From NCBI GenBank assembly GCA_000092065.1, contig CP000587.1: 64,000 nucleotides of DNA. One strand, 5' to 3'. The stretch is from Ostreococcus lucimarinus. Lineage: Eukaryota. The notes under the pieces are model-generated. The model was not told the DNA's origin, searched no databases, and saw only the letters and a program-made list of their open reading frames with translations. The position numbers and the translations under genes are program-made. Every line of letters begins with the position of its first letter. Position 1 is the stretch's first letter. Shown here piece after piece: positions 59,075 to 64,000 of the stretch.

Positions 59075-59462
59075 CGACGCGCGTATAACGGCGCGATATA
59101 GACTCAGCGCCTCTTTGCGAGTCGTCAGCAGCGCTTGACGTACGTGGTTCTCGTCGTTTTTTAAGTACTCGCCGCGTTTATGGTCCTGCGCGCGACGACA
59201 GGACGTCAGAAGTTGCTTTCGAGCGGGACATCACGCGCACGCACCAGATTAGCTTCGATGATTTCTATCGTTTTCCCGCCGTCTTTGTCGTCTTCGTTGA
59301 GCGATGCGCGCGACGACGAGGCGACAGCGCGCGATGAGCGCGCGGCGGCGCGCGAGAGAGCGGCGAGGCGAATGAGGTCTCGCATCTCGCGAGCGCCGCG
59401 TCGCTGTGTGGCGCTCCGGCGGAAAAAATGGCGCGTGTACGCATTAAAGAATGGTCTAGTGA

Positions 59463-62400
59463 CTAGCAGATGTGACTATCCAAATGTGTGCGCTCGATAT
59501 CTCGTGTGTTCCGCGCTCTCGCCGCCTCGGCGGCGTCGGCGCGTTGCTTCAAATTTTTCGCCGACGCCTCGCCGGTTTCGGCGACGAGCTGGGAAAAGAT
59601 GGAGTTCGGATCGGCGAGCATCGCGGACGGTGAGTCCATGGCGACTAGGTTACCAGCCTGGAGACAGACAACTTGATGGTTTTCGATGATGGTGTTGATG
59701 CGGTGGGCGATGGTCAAGATGGTGCAATTGACGAATTCCGTCGCGATGACTTTTTGCATGTTATCGTCCGTCTCGGTGTCAACGCTCGCTGTGGCTTCGT
59801 CGAGGCATACCACCTTGGTATCTCGCAGCATCGCTCGCGCGAGACACAGCATTTGTCGTTGACCGGCGGAATAGTTGCCTCCAAATTCTTCCACTGGGGC
59901 GTCGAGACCGAGGCCTTGTTTGCCGATGAAGTCCTTGCACTTGACGTGCTCCAAAACGTACCACAGCTTTTCATCCGTGTACTCGTTGAACGGGTCGAGG
60001 TTGTAACGAATTGTGCCGCTGAACAGAACGGGATCTTGGGGAATGCAAGTGATGGACGACCGCAAACGCTTGAGCGAAATCGTAGAGATATCGATACCGT
60101 CTAGCCAGATGGAACCGGCCGTGGGCTCGCACAGGCGCCATAACGCGACGAGCAGAGAACTCTTCCCACTGCCGGTTCTACCGCAGATTCCCACCTTGTG
60201 CCCCGGTTGGACTTCGAACGAAATACCATTGAGCACAAGAGGGAGCTCGGATCGGTATCGCATCTGTAACTTTTCAAATCTCAAGCCCCCTTGCGAAGGC
60301 CACTCCGGCGGCGGCTCTTCCACGACGCCGTGCGCCGCCATCGCACCTGTTTCCTCCTCTGACGGCAGCCTCGTGTACTCGTCGATGCGCTCGACGCTCA
60401 CCATTTGCGATTCGAGCTCGGACACGATGCGAATCACCCAGGATAAAACACCGGTGATGTCGATGGCGTAAGTAACCGCCAAACCGATGAGCGCAGCGTC
60501 GAGCGAATCTCGTGAATACACCGCAACGCACGCGACGACAAGAGTGAGCGAGTTGCCAATCGTTTCGAGACGCACTGGGAGCCAGCGCTCGCAGCAACAC
60601 TTTTGAGTGTAATCAGCGATTTGATTAGCGCCAATTCGCTGCTCGTTTTCCGTGATGAAACGACGTTGATGGCCAAAGGCACGAATTGTACTCAAACCGC
60701 CTAGCGTCTCTCCGAAGTGGGCAAACACTGGCGAGCCACTGATGGCGTCCAAACGCTTGGCCTCGCGATAACCAGGTCGGTAGTACATTTGAATGTAAAA
60801 GTAAACGGCAAAGATCGGCACCATGAAAGGAAGCAGTATCGGCATGATCCATCCCATGACGACGATGGTGCCGAAGAGTAAAAGCCCAAACGACATCACG
60901 GAAGATACCGACTGTCCGATGATATTATCGAGAGCGTTGGTATCTTTGCTGAATCTTTGAATTACGCGGCCCAGCGGTGTGGTGTCAAAGAAACTCATTC
61001 GCGTGTCCATCACCGACTGCAAGAGTTTCAAGTGTAATCCCGTCGCGGCGGTGAGCGCAGCCACGACCCAGGCAAACGTTCGAATCCAAGCGATGAACGC
61101 TGAGACAATTCCGATCGCGCTATATCCACCAAGATAGACCGTTTGACCGAGATTCCACTTTTGTTGCGACCAGTACGCGAGCCAGACGTTGGTGAAGACG
61201 CTCAAAGCGCGTTCAGCGATGGTGATGAACATCAAGAATGAAAACGTCCAAAACCTCCCGCCCATCGCATTGATGTACGCCTTGTACACGTTCATCTTCA
61301 CGGACCCTTCTTCGCGCTTCTCGATATTCTGTTTTGCCTTGTCTTTCTGCAACGACATCGTTTGTTTCATGTCTTTTGATACGGAGGTATCGACTACTTC
61401 TTCTTTCGTGGTCTCAGCTTTTTGTGTGCCGCGGTACGATCGCATCATTTGTTGGAATACCGGCCCCTTGTCCATCAGTTCAGAGTACTTGCCCGATTCA
61501 ACTACCTCACCGTCTTTCATGACGAGAATATTGTCGGCAAACTCGGTGAACTGCAGCTGGTGCGTGACGAGCAAGACAGCGCTGGATCGCAAGACGCCAC
61601 GGATGCAGCGCTTGAACACATCCTTAGCCACGTGCGCGTCCAAAGCCGACAAAGGATCGTCTAAAATAGCGATCTCTGCGTCAGCATAGACCGCGCGCGC
61701 GATCGCCGTGCGTTGCTTCTGACCGCCACTAAGGGTGATGCCCTTTTCGCCGATTTCAGTGTCATCACCGTTCGGTAAAAGGTTAATGTCTGCCTCCATG
61801 CACGCCGCTTCGAGCGCCTGATGATATTTCTCTTCATCGTATCGCTTGCCGAAGAGCACGTTGTCACGGAGAGACATTGATTGTACCCACGCAGTTTGTG
61901 CGACATAAGACACCGTTGCATCGATTGTGACACTGGCTCCGTCTCTGGCGCTCATTTCGCCGAGAAGCGCGGATATAAGCGCCGTCTTCCCCGCGCCGAC
62001 GGCGCCGACGACGATGGTCAATTCACCTCTTTTGAGCTCGAAGTTGATGTCGCGCAAAAAAGGAACTGTCGGGTTGACTTTGTCGACAATCTCGTCTTTT
62101 TTCGCATCACTTACTTTCTCCGCTTCTTTCTCTTTCACTTCGACGTCCGGATCGGACCAAGAAAAAGTACCGCGCGTCATGCGCGCGAGGACGTCGCCCT
62201 TCTTGCCAACCTTTGTAGTCTCCACGACTTGGTCAAAATCGTCCTTGCGTTCAAACTCCACAGTCTTCGTCGTCGCCGACGCTTCGGGGAGCATGAAATA
62301 CTTCTGTAGACGCTGCAGCGAGGACACGGCGTCTGCGCACTGCGCCAAGCATCGAGGATAGAACAAAATCGGAAATCGAAGCAGATTGAACAGCGTCAAC

Positions 62401-63602
62401 GCCGGAAAGACGATGTCGGCGTCCATCGGTCGTTCCATGACTCCCGCGTATAGCGAGAAAACGACAACCGACACAATCACTGGGCCGGCCGACATGATTG
62501 ATGTGTTTATCGCGGCAACGTTGGCGACTTTCGTCGCTTGAATCATCTCGCGCTTGCGCACTTCGGCGACCTCTTCTCGCAACGATTCCTCCCACGCGTT
62601 GAGCTTTAAAATCTTTATCCCACTCAAACCCTCATTTTCAAGCTTCACTCGCCGATCAGTCTCCACGTTTTGTTTTTTGCGGTAGCGGTACATCATCCCG
62701 TAAAAGAATTTTTGCGCGGGAATCAAACCGAGCATGATGAACAATCCCCCGAACACGCTCCATCCGATGTACGAATACAAGAGCGCCATGTACCCCATCG
62801 TTTGTAACAATCCGCTCCACAGCACGTTTAGGAACAGCATGAGATCGCCCACGCGCTGCGCGTCGAGTTGCATGTAATTCAACACCTCGCCCGTCGTGCT
62901 CCCACTTCTCCCCGCGCTAGACAAGCGCATCGTCTTCCGATACACCGCCGTCGAGAGCGCGCCCTTGATGCAAATGCCGCTCGCCTGAGCGTAGTAAAAA
63001 TACGTCTGTTCGCACAGCGTGCGCAACACCGCCAATGAAAACATCAGCGCGCAGTACAACCAACCGATCCCGTTCCCCGTCACCGACGCCCCGAACGCGT
63101 CGGACATGAAATTCGGTTTATTCCCGACGTATCGCAAAAAGCCGCTCAAAACCACGGGTGGCAAAAACTGCACGACGTCGTTGCACAGCTTAAAAAACGT
63201 CCCCTGCAAAATCACTCCCCCGAACGTGCGCCACAGCGGCGACGCGAGCGCGGGTAAAAATCCTTCCTTCGCCTTCGCCTTCGCCTCTTTCCTCGTCGTC
63301 GCGTCCGCGTCCGCCGCCGCGTCCGCGTCCGCCGCCGCCGCCGCGCGTTCGCGCTCCACCCTCCCCAGCGTCTCCAGCATCGCCCGCTCGAACCCGTCCG
63401 CGTTCCGCCTCGCCACGTACGCCTCCGGCGGTCGCAGCAGATCTCCCATCTCCAACCGCGCCGCGCGTCCCGCGTGCGCGTCGAGTCCTCGTCGCAAAAA
63501 CGGCGTCACCCACGCGAAGCACGCGCGCGAGAGCGCGTTCGCGTCGCCGCGCGCGCGCGGCGCGTCCCGCCGCGCGTCCGGCGTCGACGTCGCCGTCGTC
63601 AT
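59463..63602 (-). CDS. ABCC: ABCC/MRP-type full-size ABC transporter (TMD1-NBD1-TMD2-NBD2, no TMD0)
   Basis: A 1379-aa ORF with a verified ATG. The N-terminus CFAWVTPFLRRGLDAHAGRAARLEMGDL is as in short MRPs. NBD1 has Walker A GAVGAGKTALISALLGE, signature LSGGQKQRTAIARAV and Walker B AEIAILDDPLSALD. NBD2 has GRTGSGKSSLLVAL, YSAGQRQMLCLARAM and KVVCLDEATASVD. Two 6-TM bundles are present. Confidence 0.92.
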   Translation of the reverse strand: MTTATSTPDARRDAPRARGDANALSRACFAWVTPFLRRGLDAHAGRAARLEMGDLLRPPEAYVARRNADGFERAMLETLGRVERERAAAAADADAAADADATTRKEAKAKAKEGFLPALASPLWRTFGGVILQGTFFKLCNDVVQFLPPVVLSGFLRYVGNKPNFMSDAFGASVTGNGIGWLYCALMFSLAVLRTLCEQTYFYYAQASGICIKGALSTAVYRKTMRLSSAGRSGSTTGEVLNYMQLDAQRVGDLMLFLNVLWSGLLQTMGYMALLYSYIGWSVFGGLFIMLGLIPAQKFFYGMMYRYRKKQNVETDRRVKLENEGLSGIKILKLNAWEESLREEVAEVRKREMIQATKVANVAAINTSIMSAGPVIVSVVVFSLYAGVMERPMDADIVFPALTLFNLLRFPILFYPRCLAQCADAVSSLQRLQKYFMLPEASATTKTVEFERKDDFDQVVETTKVGKKGDVLARMTRGTFSWSDPDVEVKEKEAEKVSDAKKDEIVDKVNPTVPFLRDINFELKRGELTIVVGAVGAGKTALISALLGEMSARDGASVTIDATVSYVAQTAWVQSMSLRDNVLFGKRYDEEKYHQALEAACMEADINLLPNGDDTEIGEKGITLSGGQKQRTAIARAVYADAEIAILDDPLSALDAHVAKDVFKRCIRGVLRSSAVLLVTHQLQFTEFADNILVMKDGEVVESGKYSELMDKGPVFQQMMRSYRGTQKAETTKEEVVDTSVSKDMKQTMSLQKDKAKQNIEKREEGSVKMNVYKAYINAMGGRFWTFSFLMFITIAERALSVFTNVWLAYWSQQKWNLGQTVYLGGYSAIGIVSAFIAWIRTFAWVVAALTAATGLHLKLLQSVMDTRMSFFDTTPLGRVIQRFSKDTNALDNIIGQSVSSVMSFGLLLFGTIVVMGWIMPILLPFMVPIFAVYFYIQMYYRPGYREAKRLDAISGSPVFAHFGETLGGLSTIRAFGHQRRFITENEQRIGANQIADYTQKCCCERWLPVRLETIGNSLTLVVACVAVYSRDSLDAALIGLAVTYAIDITGVLSWVIRIVSELESQMVSVERIDEYTRLPSEEETGAMAAHGVVEEPPPEWPSQGGLRFEKLQMRYRSELPLVLNGISFEVQPGHKVGICGRTGSGKSSLLVALWRLCEPTAGSIWLDGIDISTISLKRLRSSITCIPQDPVLFSGTIRYNLDPFNEYTDEKLWYVLEHVKCKDFIGKQGLGLDAPVEEFGGNYSAGQRQMLCLARAMLRDTKVVCLDEATASVDTETDDNMQKVIATEFVNCTILTIAHRINTIIENHQVVCLQAGNLVAMDSPSAMLADPNSIFSQLVAETGEASAKNLKQRADAAEAARARNTRDIERTHLDSHIC

Positions 63603-63664
63603 CGCCCGCGCCGCGTCGCGCGCGTTCGCCGCGTCGCGTCGCGCGCGCCGCCGCGCGTCACACG

Positions 63665-64000
63665 ATGACGTCCGCGCGCGAGGTCGCGCGCGCGCGCCTC
63701 GCGCGCCTCGCGCGCGTCGTCCGCGCGCCCGCGCGCGACGTCGTCGTCTTCGGCGGCGTCGTCGTCGACGTGCACGCGCGCGCGCGCGGCGCGACGGCGC
63801 GCGGGACGAGCGCGCGCGGTCGCGTCGACCGCGGCGTCGGCGGCGTCGGTCTGAACGTCGCGTGCGCGTGCGCGGCGACGAGCGCGGCGCGCGTCAGGCT
63901 GGTGAGCGCGTGCGGAGACGACGCGGACGGCGCGAGCGTCCGCGAGGCGTGGCGCGCGCGCGCGAGAGGGAGGGACGACGGGGCGGGGGTGCGCGCGCGC
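63665..64000 (+). CDS. pfkB-family carbohydrate kinase (ribokinase-like), N-terminal part; continues beyond window
   Basis: Hand translation from the ATG at 63665 gives MTSAREVARARLARLARVVRAPARDVVVFGGVVVDVHARAR...VDRGVGGVGLNVACACAATSAARVRLVSACGDDADG. VVVFGGVVVDV and GGVGLNVA..A....V.L.S.CGDD match the ribokinase N-terminal beta-strand and GG/anion-hole motifs. It is not in the ORF track because it runs off the edge. Confidence 0.45.
   Translation, partial: MTSAREVARARLARLARVVRAPARDVVVFGGVVVDVHARARGATARGTSARGRVDRGVGGVGLNVACACAATSAARVRLVSACGDDADGASVREAWRARARGRDDGAGVRAR

Overview
Organism call: this window reads as nuclear DNA of a very GC-rich, gene-dense, intron-poor eukaryote, most consistent with a green picoalga (Mamiellophyceae-like, e.g. 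Micromonas or Ostreococcus). That is an inference from gene content and codon bias only. About 45 protein genes sit on both strands, roughly one per 1.4 kb, with intergenic spacers often under 150 bp.

The content is unmistakably eukaryotic. It includes fibrillarin with a GAR domain, CBP80, CDK7/CAK, DNMT2, DNA polymerase kappa, RbAp48/MSI1, the plant-type bifunctional fucokinase/GDP-fucose pyrophosphorylase, Tam41, and plastid- or mitochondrion-targeted proteins. There is also an elongator tRNA-Met gene carrying a long intron.

Spliceosomal introns are few. I could reconstruct six by hand, and they share GTGCG[TC] or GTATGT donors and a CTGAC branch site about 26-29 nt before a CAG acceptor.

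I found no prokaryotic-style defence, mobile or toxin system, and I do not think one is present. The most unusual points are:
- a tandem pair of bL27 ribosomal-protein paralogs sharing a perfectly identical 187-bp 5' segment that ends exactly at an intron boundary;
- a membrane-anchored double glycosyltransferase (GT4-like domain plus a complete OGT-like GT41 domain) next to the fucose-salvage enzyme;
- a small zinc-ribbon plus PARP-like ADP-ribosyltransferase gene joined by a 70-nt intron;
- a Cu/Zn-SOD-fold protein missing key metal ligands;
- a shikimate-kinase-like protein with a destroyed P-loop.

The ORF track allows GTG/TTG starts and reports many long Arg/Ala-rich ORFs antisense to real genes, an artefact of the high GC. 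I re-anchored starts to in-frame ATGs by frame arithmetic, so hand-derived coordinates may be off by 1-3 nt.
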